Source: a virus (lineage: Duplodnaviria; Caudoviricetes). From it: a stretch of 62,343 nucleotides of DNA. The translations under genes and the position numbers were made by a program. This document shows positions 36,501 through 46,801 of this stretch, piece by piece; position 1 is the stretch's first letter; the number at the start of each line of letters is the position of its first letter. The notes beneath the pieces are model-generated. The model had not been told where the DNA came from. It did not search any database and saw only the letters and a list, made by a program, of their open reading frames with translations. Location of the stretch: the IMG/VR virus record IMGVR_UViG_3300037851_000300, positions 1 to 62,343 of that record. One strand, given 5' to 3'.

Positions 36501-38900
36501 AGATATTCCATGATTTTTAAGGTTGTCTATGGTTTCTAATGATGTTCCTTCTGGGACTACCGCATACTTGAATCTGCTTATTCCTATCGGTTTTCTGAAT
36601 TTAGTTTCAAAATACTCCGTAGGCATCTCAATTATCTCCTTTTTTAATTTTAGAAGGTCGTTAATAACATCTTCTGTTATACCTTTGGGTAGATATTGTC
36701 TTTCGCCGGTAACAAGAAACTCACTCACCCCTGCCGCCACTTGGTCGTTATGTATAAATCTGTTTGAATTTTCAGAAGCCGGATTGAATTCCAAGACCTT
36801 ATCTATCACACCTTCATACCTTTTCCACATATCATCCTTAACTTTCTCGAATTCATCGCTCGGTAAAACATAATTTTTGAGAGAACTTTTAATCTTTTTC
36901 TCTCCGCTAATTGTCGGAACCAGTTTAGCCCTCAACGACGGTAAGCCATAATCAAAACCCTCTCCCGCCCTTACGCCTCTACTGTTCATTATCTTTGAAG
37001 CATTTTCAAGAGTATTCGGCTTATATACCGGTCGGCCCATGTAGGTATTGTGGGAGTATATCTTCTCCTCTACGTTAAATTTACCCAATATGTCTTGGAT
37101 ATAGTTATCAAACTTAGCTTGAAGCTTATTTTTCTGTATGATATCCCGGAACTTGCTAAGCGTTCTATATTCGGCTATCGTTCCATCCGCCTCTTTGACA
37201 ATAGGGTATTTTATTCCATTCTTATCAAAGAAATCAGCCATAGCCAAAGACGAATTATCTAAGCTGCTCTGGACTACCCTGTCAAGGTCAAGATTCGTGG
37301 CCCTTGCACCAACAATCGGTTCGTACTTTTTATAGTATTCTATCAACCTATCCTTATCCTCTCGCTTCATTATCTGCACCGTTGAGGGATATCTCGGAGT
37401 ATATACATCGGATCTGAATGTTCTTCCCTCGGATAAAATATCTTTCGGAGCAACGAGTGTTATATCTCCATATCCTGTAACGTGTGCCTTGTTCAAATCG
37501 GCGACAGCCATTGACGGATTCGCCAGCCCGCCTTTCTTTATAGCGAAATTTAGCTTACTTTCCGTAAGGTTATGCGTTACGATAGCGGACTTATCTAATG
37601 GTTTCAGCTTTGGATTAACAATCTGCTTCTTCAAGACCGTTAGATAATTCCTTACACCTTCGGGATTATTTATCTTTGATATATCTCCCGATGCCTTACC
37701 TAACAGCTCACCCGATACACCGGCTTTTTTAAGCAGTTTAGAAATTACTCCGGGGTCGGTTTCTTTTACCAACAGATTCACAAGATTCTTACCACCCCCG
37801 GCTTCAAAATTGAAATACTGCTCCAAAGCAGTTGCACCGACAGCCAAAGGTAAAGCTGACTTGCCTACATACGGCCTAAATAGTTGTTCTCTTTCTGCGA
37901 CACTTGTCACCGTACTCTTGATAGGTTCTTCACCGAATATGGACTTACCAATTTTAGATTGTCCGAATTCTGTCTTGGTAATATCCTGCCGACCCTGTTC
38001 ATCAATAAAAGCTTTAAGGGCTTTTACCGGGGATAATGTCCTTCCGAAAGTTTCAGCTCCCGACCCTATACCAGTGGCAAGCTCTGATATGGCCGTCCCG
38101 GGGCCTGCACCGGCCTGTATTGTCCAACGAGCTACATCCTTCACTAAAGGGCTAAAAGTCCTCGCCTCGGCCAATCTTGAAGCATCCGGAAGACCATAGG
38201 GCTTGGCTTCCTTATACACCTGCCTTGTTTTGGCTATATCCACCCCAGTTACATATCGGACAATGTTATTTATCTTATCACCCAATATAGGCAAGCGGTT
38301 CACGCCTTTATCACTTAGGATAGATGATGCGGATGCTTGAGATGTCTTGGCGGGTTCAAATGAAACAGATAAATTTTTTGTAGGAGCTACATACTTTTCT
38401 CTATCGGCGTTAAATCCTTCTATCTGTGCGATAGTTTCGGCAATCTTTGATAACCTATCCTCCGGTGTATTGAGAGAAAAAGGAGTTATAAATTCAGATA
38501 TCTTCGCTTTTGGAGATATGCCGGATATATCCTGTATCATTCGGACATATTGTGCCGTATTGTTGTTGTCCGATGCTGGAGCATAGACATTTACGAAATC
38601 TTTTATGTTCCACTCCGGATTATTCTTTACTTTGCTTAGAATATCGTTTCGTAATGCCTTCATACCAGAATCAGTGCTATCAAATTTAGCCCAATACAAA
38701 GGACTGCCGTTGTTATATCCCTTTAGCTCCCCCCTTGTGGCACCTTCTTGGCCCATAAAAATTAGGTTGCCGGGATTATTATGACGCTGTGAGATATTGC
38801 CGGTAGGTTTTACGGATGCCAAAGACGGCTTTTTTGCTATGTCCTGTTGAGCAGGCGTTGGCTTGCTGAAGATGTTTTGTAGAGTTGTTAAGATTGACAT
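33507..38900 (-). CDS. Giant polyvalent ejection protein with N-terminal muramidase-like domain
   Basis: RHNNPGNL..F...G..AL...YAPASDNNNT..Y; 1797 aa; last gene of the virion operon. Confidence 0.75.
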   Translation of the reverse strand: MSILTTLQNIFSKPTPAQQDIAKKPSLASVKPTGNISQRHNNPGNLIFMGQEGATRGELKGYNNGSPLYWAKFDSTDSGMKALRNDILSKVKNNPEWNIKDFVNVYAPASDNNNTAQYVRMIQDISGISPKAKISEFITPFSLNTPEDRLSKIAETIAQIEGFNADREKYVAPTKNLSVSFEPAKTSQASASSILSDKGVNRLPILGDKINNIVRYVTGVDIAKTRQVYKEAKPYGLPDASRLAEARTFSPLVKDVARWTIQAGAGPGTAISELATGIGSGAETFGRTLSPVKALKAFIDEQGRQDITKTEFGQSKIGKSIFGEEPIKSTVTSVAEREQLFRPYVGKSALPLAVGATALEQYFNFEAGGGKNLVNLLVKETDPGVISKLLKKAGVSGELLGKASGDISKINNPEGVRNYLTVLKKQIVNPKLKPLDKSAIVTHNLTESKLNFAIKKGGLANPSMAVADLNKAHVTGYGDITLVAPKDILSEGRTFRSDVYTPRYPSTVQIMKREDKDRLIEYYKKYEPIVGARATNLDLDRVVQSSLDNSSLAMADFFDKNGIKYPIVKEADGTIAEYRTLSKFRDIIQKNKLQAKFDNYIQDILGKFNVEEKIYSHNTYMGRPVYKPNTLENASKIMNSRGVRAGEGFDYGLPSLRAKLVPTISGEKKIKSSLKNYVLPSDEFEKVKDDMWKRYEGVIDKVLEFNPASENSNRFIHNDQVAAGVSEFLVTGERQYLPKGITEDVINDLLKLKKEIIEMPTEYFETKFRKPIGISRFKYAVVPEGTSLETIDNLKNHGISIVKYKKGSEASRLEALRKVGKKEAFGAVAGVEVDDDGKIQFNPLKAGAGVLALGAIRNVKDIPNLQREVEALEEYLADNPLKRLDKYANKREGKLGEGGLGKGRTIWMREGDQIAQEFHSIYPQYPEDANELGEIYEQFAIKRREFKALKAELQLLKSTPEYKIGSKIKEYSEKTIERINKEIQMFNSKTGAIPELPKQEIYKPEEAIFDAGVRNAQRAEEYQQYLKTITAKLDEVAMGRPAKNTGMFQKLKEFLAPAKYMDDKSRKIYSDWTKEILSAKEFANAEIAKYKIPEKEGWEIIKKYQAGENTPYNQAIKDAFDSMFREANKRGLTVNYWQNYLPQVYKESAEEIKAAIVKYMRENNVSDDAIDAYISGNGTLPGDVAARLKINPSFSKERTFPDYETAIKFGLNPKYTNPAQLIAYYRGEMEKTIANKKFMTNLVEAGKVFPTELAPDSFKPLNLPFANEKYSATPEVANALNGIFRKEEDLGFLDKVFSTGAWTNRFVQELRLSAGVPKSSINFFVFGQFLKELSSFNPRAVIPFVRANFNSSTIKYFTEKAPYLKMMAEEGIDVSHRVGSLDKVYKNLVANKKMTELAGESFDKLFNEKTFASFMPQLYVDAFERTYKSALKKGLPEGQAKQLAGDTVKAFYGLSDNLARSKLSQDVLTTMFFAPKFREGIINMLFNTAKSLTTEFRNPAFKLNRRFAAGAVLSYALYNYLNRKLTGNYMWDNEPGKEFELKAPLPNGDAAYVALLPSILSLPRNLGSGFIALGKGDISTAEQKFGSLFSMPVKIVSEVIANKDYFGRQIYKETDEGKTKIGKIAEYVGLQSNHPYMTELYNRVLKPLWDKDFQYKKNPVQSALEALEFPIKFKTKSQIDTQKYFDALAEQVKKRAEARRKVEPVFKQIQELRNQGNELEARRLLEGLSESDYEIYKTLSSSAKRAKTQEAKKIVYPKYIEIQKLLEEGRYQEAKAILNKLSDQEYKAYKLLKDNMD

Positions 38901-38902
38901 AG

Positions 38903-40273
38903 TTAAAATTCACGGCCACCCTGTTGTATCTCAATACGCGCTTCGTCCCACAGTTTTTGAATCTCCGCCGGATCGGTAGCTATGTTAAGTTCTTTCATAC
39001 CATCTACAAACCATTTCGGAGGAGTGGCTTTTCCGGCATCAGCAAGTATATCAGCTTGGCTCATACCGATAGTAGTAGTCGGAAGCCCTGATTCCGAAGC
39101 TATGTTAGCCGTTATCTTGGCGGTTCTTGATATGGAATTTTCATAGTTATCCGGCACTCTGCTATATATATCTCTGGAAACATCGGTTCCGGGGAATTCT
39201 GATTGCAGTATCTTAATGGCCTGTTCGCGCGCACCTTCTCGGCCATAGCGTCCGGAATATACATTATTCACTTCTTCTTTTAATCTTGAAGCATAAGTTC
39301 CGGTCGGACTTGTCGTTGTGGTAGAAGCAGGTTTAAGTCCGGTATATGTCTTGCCACCTACGGTAAATGTACTTCCTTTAGGAGTGTCATTTCTGATCTG
39401 CTGGATTCTTATTTCATAATCTCTCTTATCTGCTTCAGTTCTGTTCGATTCCTGAAGCTGACGATATGCTTCATCGGCTTGGCGTTTTACTTCATCTATG
39501 GCAAGACCGGCATATTTAAGATATCTGTCCTCGGCTCTTGATTGTGAATCCACCAAGTCATTGTATGCTGATTGAGCTTTGTTCACATTATTTGTAAGGG
39601 TTTCAAGCATCGCCTGATTGTCTTGAGCCACCCGGCGCTTTTCTCCCAATATCTCTGAAGATATGAGGAAAGGGTTATTTTCTATGCTTACCAAGTCCTT
39701 CTTCAATTTACTATTGAATTCATCCAGCGCCGCTTGCGCCTTTTCCATCTGGCTCTTTGCCTCCGATACGGCAGTTCCATCGGATATAGATGGCATAGAT
39801 ATACCAAGACCCTTTAAGACGCTATCTACGGTTATATTGCTTCCGGCAACACCGGCATTATCAGTCGGAGCTGATGTCTGGCTTCTCGGTATTCTCGGCA
39901 AAAATACAGTATTTAGTCCTAATTGACTGCTTTGCTCCGGGGTTAGCGCCTGTCCTGTTTGAGTATCATATTGTGTAGTTCCGTCAGAATCTATGGCGTA
40001 TCTGCCTGATTTTGAGAGTTCCACATTCTCATAGGGCTTTTGTGCGGTAGAAACGATAGGTGCCGGAGCTTGGATAGGTTGCGGTTTTATCTGCGGAGCT
40101 GGAGTTGGTAATGGAACAGGACTTGCATCAGGAACGGCCAAAGAAGCTCCTGAATATATAAGGTTCGGATTTGATATTGACGGATTTAATCTAAGAAGCT
40201 CCGATACTCCTGTGCCATACTGTTTTGCTATCCCGGAAAGTGTGTCCCCTGATTTTATTGTATATTGTGCCAT
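38903..40273 (-). CDS. LysM-domain ejection/virion protein
   Basis: [17 protein letters not shown]...[14 protein letters not shown]. Confidence 0.85.
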   Translation of the reverse strand: MAQYTIKSGDTLSGIAKQYGTGVSELLRLNPSISNPNLIYSGASLAVPDASPVPLPTPAPQIKPQPIQAPAPIVSTAQKPYENVELSKSGRYAIDSDGTTQYDTQTGQALTPEQSSQLGLNTVFLPRIPRSQTSAPTDNAGVAGSNITVDSVLKGLGISMPSISDGTAVSEAKSQMEKAQAALDEFNSKLKKDLVSIENNPFLISSEILGEKRRVAQDNQAMLETLTNNVNKAQSAYNDLVDSQSRAEDRYLKYAGLAIDEVKRQADEAYRQLQESNRTEADKRDYEIRIQQIRNDTPKGSTFTVGGKTYTGLKPASTTTTSPTGTYASRLKEEVNNVYSGRYGREGAREQAIKILQSEFPGTDVSRDIYSRVPDNYENSISRTAKITANIASESGLPTTTIGMSQADILADAGKATPPKWFVDGMKELNIATDPAEIQKLWDEARIEIQQGGREF

Positions 40274-40284
40274 AGTTTTTGATG

Positions 40285-40620
40285 TTAAAAGTTTTGGTCA
40301 AAGTCAGGGAACAGTCCGGCATCGTTAGGGTTTGATGATTTCTTTACTTCCGGTTCTTCAATGATTCTATGATTTTGGAATAATGCCTTATCTCCTATTT
40401 CAAAATACTCTCCGGAACAAGTCGGTTCCTGATATCGTTTGGTCAATTCAAGCGAGGTTGCCGAATCAACACGATTGATTACATACCACTTTCCGTTCTT
40501 ACCTATGCGGATTAAACACCCTTCAAGAGTTGAATCCCAATCGGTTCCGGAGCCGGTTAAAACGGCCGAGTATTGAGTAGCTGATAATGTTCCTACAAGT
40601 CCTCTGATAGTTCTGCTCAT
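40285..40620 (-). CDS. Small beta-domain tail protein
   Basis: LTGSGTDW...[15 protein letters not shown]. Confidence 0.55.
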   Translation of the reverse strand: MSRTIRGLVGTLSATQYSAVLTGSGTDWDSTLEGCLIRIGKNGKWYVINRVDSATSLELTKRYQEPTCSGEYFEIGDKALFQNHRIIEEPEVKKSSNPNDAGLFPDFDQNF

Positions 40621-40651
40621 AAAATTATTATATTATATTTTTTATACTTTG

Positions 40652-41287
40652 TCATCCCCACGGGAGCAGGTTCGGCATATTAGATGGTATCTTTTTGAGA
40701 GATAATCCTATCTGCAACGTATATGCCGCACTTCCGGTTTTATCTATGGCCCAAGTCATAGTCGTTGATGATGCCCCATCTTTATCTGATGACACAAAAC
40801 GATAATTCCCATTCCATTCCACACTACCCCTCTCTGTTTGCCCAGCTCCGGCAGTAACGCTATTGTGAGTTCCTTCGTCAGTTGCCATCATAAAATCTAT
40901 GACCTGTGATGTAGAATCAGATGACACAGATACATCCGGATCGTTTGTTATGCCAGAATCGTTTACGGAATTTACGGCATCTATCACTCCCCTGTATGTC
41001 TTGATAATTGTCAGTATGGCCACACCACCACTACCGTTTACTGAAATATATACCGAGTTGGTTCCTGATGCAGGACTGCGGTATTTATAAACGTGTAGAT
41101 AATATGAAGTTCCCACATTGACTGAATTAACAAATTCTGCATCATCTCCATCAACTGTTACAGTCAAAACATCGAGATTGCTTGAGATGCCGATGAGCAT
41201 AAAGGAAGCGTTATCAGATGTATGGCTAACCGTGTCAGTTGAGGAACCGAAGGTGAATTTAGTTGTGGTATTATCGTACTCTATCAT
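40652..41287 (-). CDS. Beta-rich tail/receptor-binding accessory protein
   Basis: TAGAGQTER motif; ATG at 41287. Confidence 0.55.
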   Translation of the reverse strand: MIEYDNTTTKFTFGSSTDTVSHTSDNASFMLIGISSNLDVLTVTVDGDDAEFVNSVNVGTSYYLHVYKYRSPASGTNSVYISVNGSGGVAILTIIKTYRGVIDAVNSVNDSGITNDPDVSVSSDSTSQVIDFMMATDEGTHNSVTAGAGQTERGSVEWNGNYRFVSSDKDGASSTTMTWAIDKTGSAAYTLQIGLSLKKIPSNMPNLLPWG

Positions 41288-41757
41288 TATGTAAAGTCGG
41301 GAACATATCCTATGAAGTCCCATTTATCATCGTCTTTGTGGTATGCGAATATAAGAACGTCAAAATGGTTGGCAGTAGTCGTTATAGTAGGAGAAGGAAG
41401 TCCAGTTGAGAATCTATATTTTGTATCATAAGCCAAAGTTCTTCCGCCTGTTCCGTCCTGTTTTACGATGAATTCAATGCGCTGTCTATCGCCTTGAGGA
41501 TTGGTAGGATTGCCAAGAGTTCTATTACCTCCGAGAGTAATTTTGAATGTATCGCCCCGGAAAACATTTACAGCTATTGTAGCTTCATCGGTAAGGGTTT
41601 TCACATAAGGCAATCTTCTTGATTCTACATATCCCACATCCGAATTATCAGATAAGTTCGGAGTGTCGCTTTTAGATTTTAACTCCGGAGTATATGAAAG
41701 CCCCTCCATTAGAGCTTCGTATTTCTCGTCCGAAGATTTAATAATTTCATCAGCCAT
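41287..41757 (-). CDS. Tail-fibre-associated domain protein
   Basis: ITLGGNRTLGNP..QDGTGGRTLAY. Confidence 0.65.
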   Translation of the reverse strand: MADEIIKSSDEKYEALMEGLSYTPELKSKSDTPNLSDNSDVGYVESRRLPYVKTLTDEATIAVNVFRGDTFKITLGGNRTLGNPTNPQGDRQRIEFIVKQDGTGGRTLAYDTKYRFSTGLPSPTITTTANHFDVLIFAYHKDDDKWDFIGYVPDFT

Positions 41758-43495
41758 TTTTGCGTGTTGCGGTTACTGATACTGTTATATTTCGCAGTTC
41801 TATACCAGTTGTTCCTGTTTGACCGGTAAATGTAATGACGAATATCGGCTGGAATAACACGGCATCGTGAGATATATTTACATCTTTATATGCCAGATCG
41901 GCACTCTTTTCGGTTATAGCTTCAATAAATATGTATGGCAACCATTCTATGTAAGAATCAGTTGTAGGATTAGTGTCCCAATTTCTATCAACCGTGAATA
42001 TGGTATAAGAACCGTCTATTGATGTCGAGATGATGCGCCTTACCTGTCCAGCACCGGTACCGCCAGTTACTCTTACATAATCACCCACCCTCACCCCGGC
42101 CATATTTTCACTTGATGTCGCACACTTGAAAGTATTTGCTGTTATGGCGACAAGCGAAGGCGTGCTAATGACGGTATTCTCTCTTGTAAAATCTCTCCTC
42201 CATACTTCTATTCTTGGACTTAAAGATGCCAGCGTAAGCAGGTTATGATTAAAAGATAGTTGGCTCCAGTGTTTTTTATCTTTACTATCCCATCCCAAAA
42301 TAGGCCCTACAAGTTCGTTTCTTATTGTCAAAGATGAATTCTGTTTATTCAAAACCTGAATATAATATGAAGTAGTTGAATAATCTACCGTCGTAAAAGA
42401 TGCCCTGAGTTCTCTATCCTCCCGGACGTGAACGGAATTTACTATGACATTACGCAATTCTCCGGTGCTTGGTGTCATCCAGAAAAATAAAGCTCCATTT
42501 GCAGGATTATAAGCCCATAGTCCAGGATAATATCCATATCCAAAATTGACTATATCTCGCGTACCACTCACGCCCAACAATATCAATCCAAGATAGGAAC
42601 CTTTGAATTTGGCTGTCGGAGCATCTGCGCGCAAAATGACATTCTGAAGTACAGATGAAAAATCAGATACAGGACTTGGCCCGGTGTCTGTAAGCGGAGC
42701 TACGGTTATTTTATTGCCATAGCACGCATAGATTATTCCCTTATCTGAATAAATATCGTAGAGATACGGAACAGGTATAAAATCAATCGGAGCAGGATCC
42801 TCCAAATCCCAAACATAAACACCATCCATATTTCTGTCCGGAGTGTATTGTACGGCTATATACGCCTTTCTTATCCCACCCGACTTAGTACCTACGACAT
42901 TTATTGCTACTGAACCGGGCTTGAAATCAAGGAGGTTGGTACTGAATGTATCTGATGTACTACTGAACTTCCATCCTCCAAGATTTTGTCCGAATGTAAA
43001 CAGAACCCAATCTCGTATTACTGCCATTCTTACTGTCTTTGAAGCTCCACCGGTGAGAGTTTTCCAAGAATCGCTGAAATCTCCATCGGCATACGGAGTG
43101 GGGCAAGTACCTATGAAAGCATCAGAGCCTTCGTTGGCTACATAATATAGATTTGTAGCCGTGGGACTGGTATATAGCGGAGCCATTATAGCGTCCTGAT
43201 GGCCGTCATTCTTTGCGTTAGTATGTAAAAGCGACCACCCCCCGGCGAATGAAGTTGATTTATATATCTCACCTCCAACGGCATTGAAAGCATATCCATT
43301 ACCTCCCAGCTCTACGAATTTTGCTATACCCTTCAGAGAAGTAAGCACACCGGAATTGGCCTCACTCTGAAATTCATATTTGGATATCAATTTACCGTTT
43401 TCAAGAAACGGATTTAATCCGACAGAAGAAAAGAATGTATCCTTGAATGGCACATTTGATTTACCCCTTGTGAATTTTTGAAGCTGTATATCCAT
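41750..43495 (-). CDS. Tail nozzle beta-propeller protein with an inserted domain
   Basis: VYVWD motif; insert VTGGTGAGQVRRI..VDRNWDTNP. Confidence 0.6.
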   Translation of the reverse strand: MDIQLQKFTRGKSNVPFKDTFFSSVGLNPFLENGKLISKYEFQSEANSGVLTSLKGIAKFVELGGNGYAFNAVGGEIYKSTSFAGGWSLLHTNAKNDGHQDAIMAPLYTSPTATNLYYVANEGSDAFIGTCPTPYADGDFSDSWKTLTGGASKTVRMAVIRDWVLFTFGQNLGGWKFSSTSDTFSTNLLDFKPGSVAINVVGTKSGGIRKAYIAVQYTPDRNMDGVYVWDLEDPAPIDFIPVPYLYDIYSDKGIIYACYGNKITVAPLTDTGPSPVSDFSSVLQNVILRADAPTAKFKGSYLGLILLGVSGTRDIVNFGYGYYPGLWAYNPANGALFFWMTPSTGELRNVIVNSVHVREDRELRASFTTVDYSTTSYYIQVLNKQNSSLTIRNELVGPILGWDSKDKKHWSQLSFNHNLLTLASLSPRIEVWRRDFTRENTVISTPSLVAITANTFKCATSSENMAGVRVGDYVRVTGGTGAGQVRRIISTSIDGSYTIFTVDRNWDTNPTTDSYIEWLPYIFIEAITEKSADLAYKDVNISHDAVLFQPIFVITFTGQTGTTGIELRNITVSVTATRKNG

Positions 43496-43695
43496 TATTT
43501 CAATTCCTGTTCTATTTCTTCTATCCGGGCAAGCTGTTCATCCACACCGTCCATCTCCGCCTGTAATACCTGCTTCTGTTTTAGCAATCTTGCTTTTAGT
43601 TGCGGAAAATCTGAAGTGTCAATCTTGCGCACTTCCTTTACACTCACCTCTTCCTCAACTATCGTATCCGACACTTTTGTGAATTTCTTAGCCAT
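43495..43695 (-). CDS. Small coiled-coil protein
   Basis: Coupled ORF. Confidence 0.55.
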   Translation of the reverse strand: MAKKFTKVSDTIVEEEVSVKEVRKIDTSDFPQLKARLLKQKQVLQAEMDGVDEQLARIEEIEQELK

Positions 43696-43710
43696 ATATA
43701 TTCGTTAGGA

Positions 43711-43995
43711 TTATTCCTTCGGCATATTATCCGACACATATCTCCTCAATGCTTCCAATCCACCGGATGTTATAACGAAGCTCAATGCCATATACAAAAT
43801 CTGGTATTCGCCAAAATCTTGTGCCGTTAGGCCGGTCAGGAATTTGATTACTGTATCCAATAGCGCCGACACCGCGGCTCCGGACACCACAATCACGAGA
43901 TGACGACCCCATTTGAGAAGATCAGTTTTATTGAATACTCCGGAAGGACTGTCTGATGCAGGCAACGAACCGAACAAAAATGTTTTTGTGTTCAT
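43711..43995 (-). CDS. Holin-like membrane protein
   Basis: Two hydrophobic helices beside the endolysin. Confidence 0.65.
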   Translation of the reverse strand: MNTKTFLFGSLPASDSPSGVFNKTDLLKWGRHLVIVVSGAAVSALLDTVIKFLTGLTAQDFGEYQILYMALSFVITSGGLEALRRYVSDNMPKE

Positions 43996-43996
43996 T

Positions 43997-44125
43997 TTAT
44001 TTAGACCAACGATTATAATACTGGTTTAATACAGCTCGGGTCCATTTGAATTGCGACCTATGGCATTTGACACATAGGGTTCTGCCATTATTCAAATCCC
44101 AAAGTTTATATGGTAATAATCTCAT
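43997..44125 (-). pseudogene. HNH endonuclease remnant fused to a displaced endolysin 3' end
   Basis: LWDLNNGRTLCVKCHR followed by TRAVLNQYYNRWSK. Confidence 0.8.
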
Positions 44126-44126
44126 A

Positions 44127-45194
44127 TCATTTTGACCAAATATTGTAGTATTGATTCAAAATAGCACGCGTTTTTGGGCCTACGACCTTACCCCTAAGAG
44201 CGAATAACTCCGCCAACGTGCTTGGCGTTCTAAATATATTCCCAAGCTGGAAGTTAAATACTACCTTGGCCAATCTGTCGTCATAGACATCATTCCCAAC
44301 GATATCGCTCATATCTGCCCAAGCGAGCTTCCAAAGAGCGTGTTTAAGTTTCGCAACCTCCGCCCCGCTCTGCCCATATCGGAGGTCTTGGTTAAAAGTT
44401 GTTAATCCTATCGGCTCAACTCTCTTAATTGGATAAAGCACCGCTTTATACGCTACGGCAATTACATAATCCGGAGCTAAGACTTTATTAAACGGCTGAT
44501 AGTGGTCAAAGATTATATACCCATCACCGGCTATTTCATCAAGGAGAACACCATGGTTCGGTTCCATTTTGCAGGATGCCACTTGTCCATCGTGCCAATC
44601 GGGACAAGTCCCCACCCCTATATGTATCGGAGCGTTTTGTAATTGCTCCTGCAATATTTTCTTGGATATCGGATATATATTCTCATACTGCCAATTAAAG
44701 TATTTAAGCGATTCAAGCCCTACGACCTTTACTTCTTCCCTGACATTAGAATAGAATGTTTCCCAGGTAAAATCCTCACTAGCCGGCCACATCGTCTCAG
44801 GAACCACTCCATGATTACGGATTGAATCGTGAACACGTCCGAATGTATTTCCTCTTGCAGTGGTCCCGGACATTTTAGCGGTGAATCTATCCGATAATTC
44901 AAACTTGCCGTCCACTATGTAGCCGTGCTTATTCCAGAACTTGAGAGCGTCTTCCGGCCATAGATTATTTACAAGCATCCAGTTAGCCTGCTCTTCCCAA
45001 TCATTAAGACCCGACATAGTTACACAATCCATGGCATCAAAAAACCTATATGACTGCCTCTCGTCCCTTGAACGAAACTGCTTCCAGTTACCTGTTATAT
45101 TGCGCTTTTCAAATACGATAGGAGAAGCCCCCAAGACATAATCTTCTGGTTTTAGGGGTTCTATTATTATCCCATGGTTCTTCTTTAAGTCCAT
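44127..45194 (-). CDS. Papain-like cysteine peptidase with C-terminal peptidoglycan-binding domain (endolysin)
   Basis: Q..MDCVT, LSDRF, NHGV, FDHY; LRYGQSGAEVAKL..FQ..GKVVGPKTR. Confidence 0.8.
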   Translation of the reverse strand: MDLKKNHGIIIEPLKPEDYVLGASPIVFEKRNITGNWKQFRSRDERQSYRFFDAMDCVTMSGLNDWEEQANWMLVNNLWPEDALKFWNKHGYIVDGKFELSDRFTAKMSGTTARGNTFGRVHDSIRNHGVVPETMWPASEDFTWETFYSNVREEVKVVGLESLKYFNWQYENIYPISKKILQEQLQNAPIHIGVGTCPDWHDGQVASCKMEPNHGVLLDEIAGDGYIIFDHYQPFNKVLAPDYVIAVAYKAVLYPIKRVEPIGLTTFNQDLRYGQSGAEVAKLKHALWKLAWADMSDIVGNDVYDDRLAKVVFNFQLGNIFRTPSTLAELFALRGKVVGPKTRAILNQYYNIWSK

Positions 45195-45195
45195 A

Positions 45196-45474
45196 TTATT
45201 GTTTTAATAAAGTTAGTATCTTTTGTATGGCTAAATCCTGCTGTTTATCGCTGGCGATCAATTTATCTATATTCGCCTGAACATGGACTAAATGATTACT
45301 TTTTATCTCCAAAACATCCCCAGCCACGGAATCTATTTTATCATTAAGGCGGTCTATGCTACCCAGAATCTGCATATAGCCAGCTACCACACTTGCAGTC
45401 ACGCCTATTATAGCCGCAGTTCTGACTACTATTTTTACTATACTGCCGTCCACTTGTTCGGAGATGCTCGTCAT
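45196..45474 (-). CDS. TM + coiled-coil lysis accessory protein
   Basis: EIKSNHLVH shared with 24598-24813. Confidence 0.55.
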   Translation of the reverse strand: MTSISEQVDGSIVKIVVRTAAIIGVTASVVAGYMQILGSIDRLNDKIDSVAGDVLEIKSNHLVHVQANIDKLIASDKQQDLAIQKILTLLKQ

Positions 45475-45517
45475 ATTACTATTATACCATTTTTAGCTGA
45501 TATTGGCTATTTAATTA

Positions 45518-46801
45518 TTACTCATTCATCCAGATTATACTCGCCCCAGTTTTTACCTGAGACACTGGAGCTGTGCCATCCACCCACTCCACAAGACAAT
45601 AGACACCTTTTATCCAGGTATCAGGTGAACCATCTGTCGTGCCTGCTCCGCACTGCATACTGTCTATTGAGTTGGTGCCTGTCGGTGTCCAAGCTGTAAG
45701 AGTAGTCGGGTCACGATACATTGTTTTTCTGTTTGTGAACGATGTCGTGCTATTATTATTCGTTCTAACCACTAGGTTACCGGCATCTACCGAAGCCGAA
45801 ACAGATGCCGTTCCACCATTTGAGTTCACTCTTATCGTATAATTTGTAGTACCAGAAGTATCCTCCCTCACTCTCAATAGTGGTTCAACAAGGGTGATAG
45901 TGTCATAGCTGTCTATGCCAAGAGTTGAGCTATCAGTCATATTGAAAAGTCCATTTGTCGGATTAACATCAAGTTCGCATTGTTCCACACCTGGCGAAGA
46001 ACCTGCATCTGTGGGCGGGATTTCGTCAAGGTCATCATAGGTTCCGGAGGTACAAGCTGAAGCACCTGCACCAGTAGGAACGGCAACGGCTACCTTGCCC
46101 TCGCCCGGATAACTCGTCTGGGAACTTTGGCCAGGATTTGCACTATCATTTATAGCGATGTCATCATAATACACGGTTGTCCCGCTTATCGTACCAGCCG
46201 TTCCATTATATACACCTACGCCAAAAGTATTTACGGTCTTCGTAGTAAACGTTAAAGCGCTTGAAGTTGAAACGCTTGAGCCGTCTTTGCGAATCGTCAG
46301 AACTTCAGAGCCGTCTGCAGGAGAAGTATCATAAAATATCTCAAGCATAGTCCATGTGTCAGGACTAATAGTAAATGTACTGGTTGAACCACCGAAACTA
46401 TTGTACCATGGGGTACAGGTATATGTTCCTCCCACATTAGAGCATTGTAGATTCACAACGTTAGTCGCTGTACTATATAGCTCAAATGTAGTTACTACAC
46501 TAGCGGAATCATCTTGGCTGTCTATGTAAACATACGTCCGAGCATAGATAGTTGCACCAGCCGTAAAAGTACCCCTCTCGTATTCAAAGACAGTAGTGGC
46601 GATACTTCCGCTTATCTCAAGAGATTTAGCCCCTGAGTGTACGGTTGTGGTATTTATGGTCGGGGTATTATTTAATGATGCAAACTCAACTCCAGCAGAA
46701 GTTGATGCAAGTTCAATACCGGAAGTAAATAACCTAGCCGCTGAAGCTGTACCGGATTGCAAGAAAAATAGAATAGGAATTATGAGAAGGTATTTCTTCA
46801 T
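45518..46801 (-). CDS. Signal-peptide-bearing beta-sandwich (lectin-like) protein
   Basis: MKKYLLIIPILFFLQSGTASA; VHSGAKSL, YYDDIAIND. Confidence 0.7.
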   Translation of the reverse strand: MKKYLLIIPILFFLQSGTASAARLFTSGIELASTSAGVEFASLNNTPTINTTTVHSGAKSLEISGSIATTVFEYERGTFTAGATIYARTYVYIDSQDDSASVVTTFELYSTATNVVNLQCSNVGGTYTCTPWYNSFGGSTSTFTISPDTWTMLEIFYDTSPADGSEVLTIRKDGSSVSTSSALTFTTKTVNTFGVGVYNGTAGTISGTTVYYDDIAINDSANPGQSSQTSYPGEGKVAVAVPTGAGASACTSGTYDDLDEIPPTDAGSSPGVEQCELDVNPTNGLFNMTDSSTLGIDSYDTITLVEPLLRVREDTSGTTNYTIRVNSNGGTASVSASVDAGNLVVRTNNNSTTSFTNRKTMYRDPTTLTAWTPTGTNSIDSMQCGAGTTDGSPDTWIKGVYCLVEWVDGTAPVSQVKTGASIIWMNE

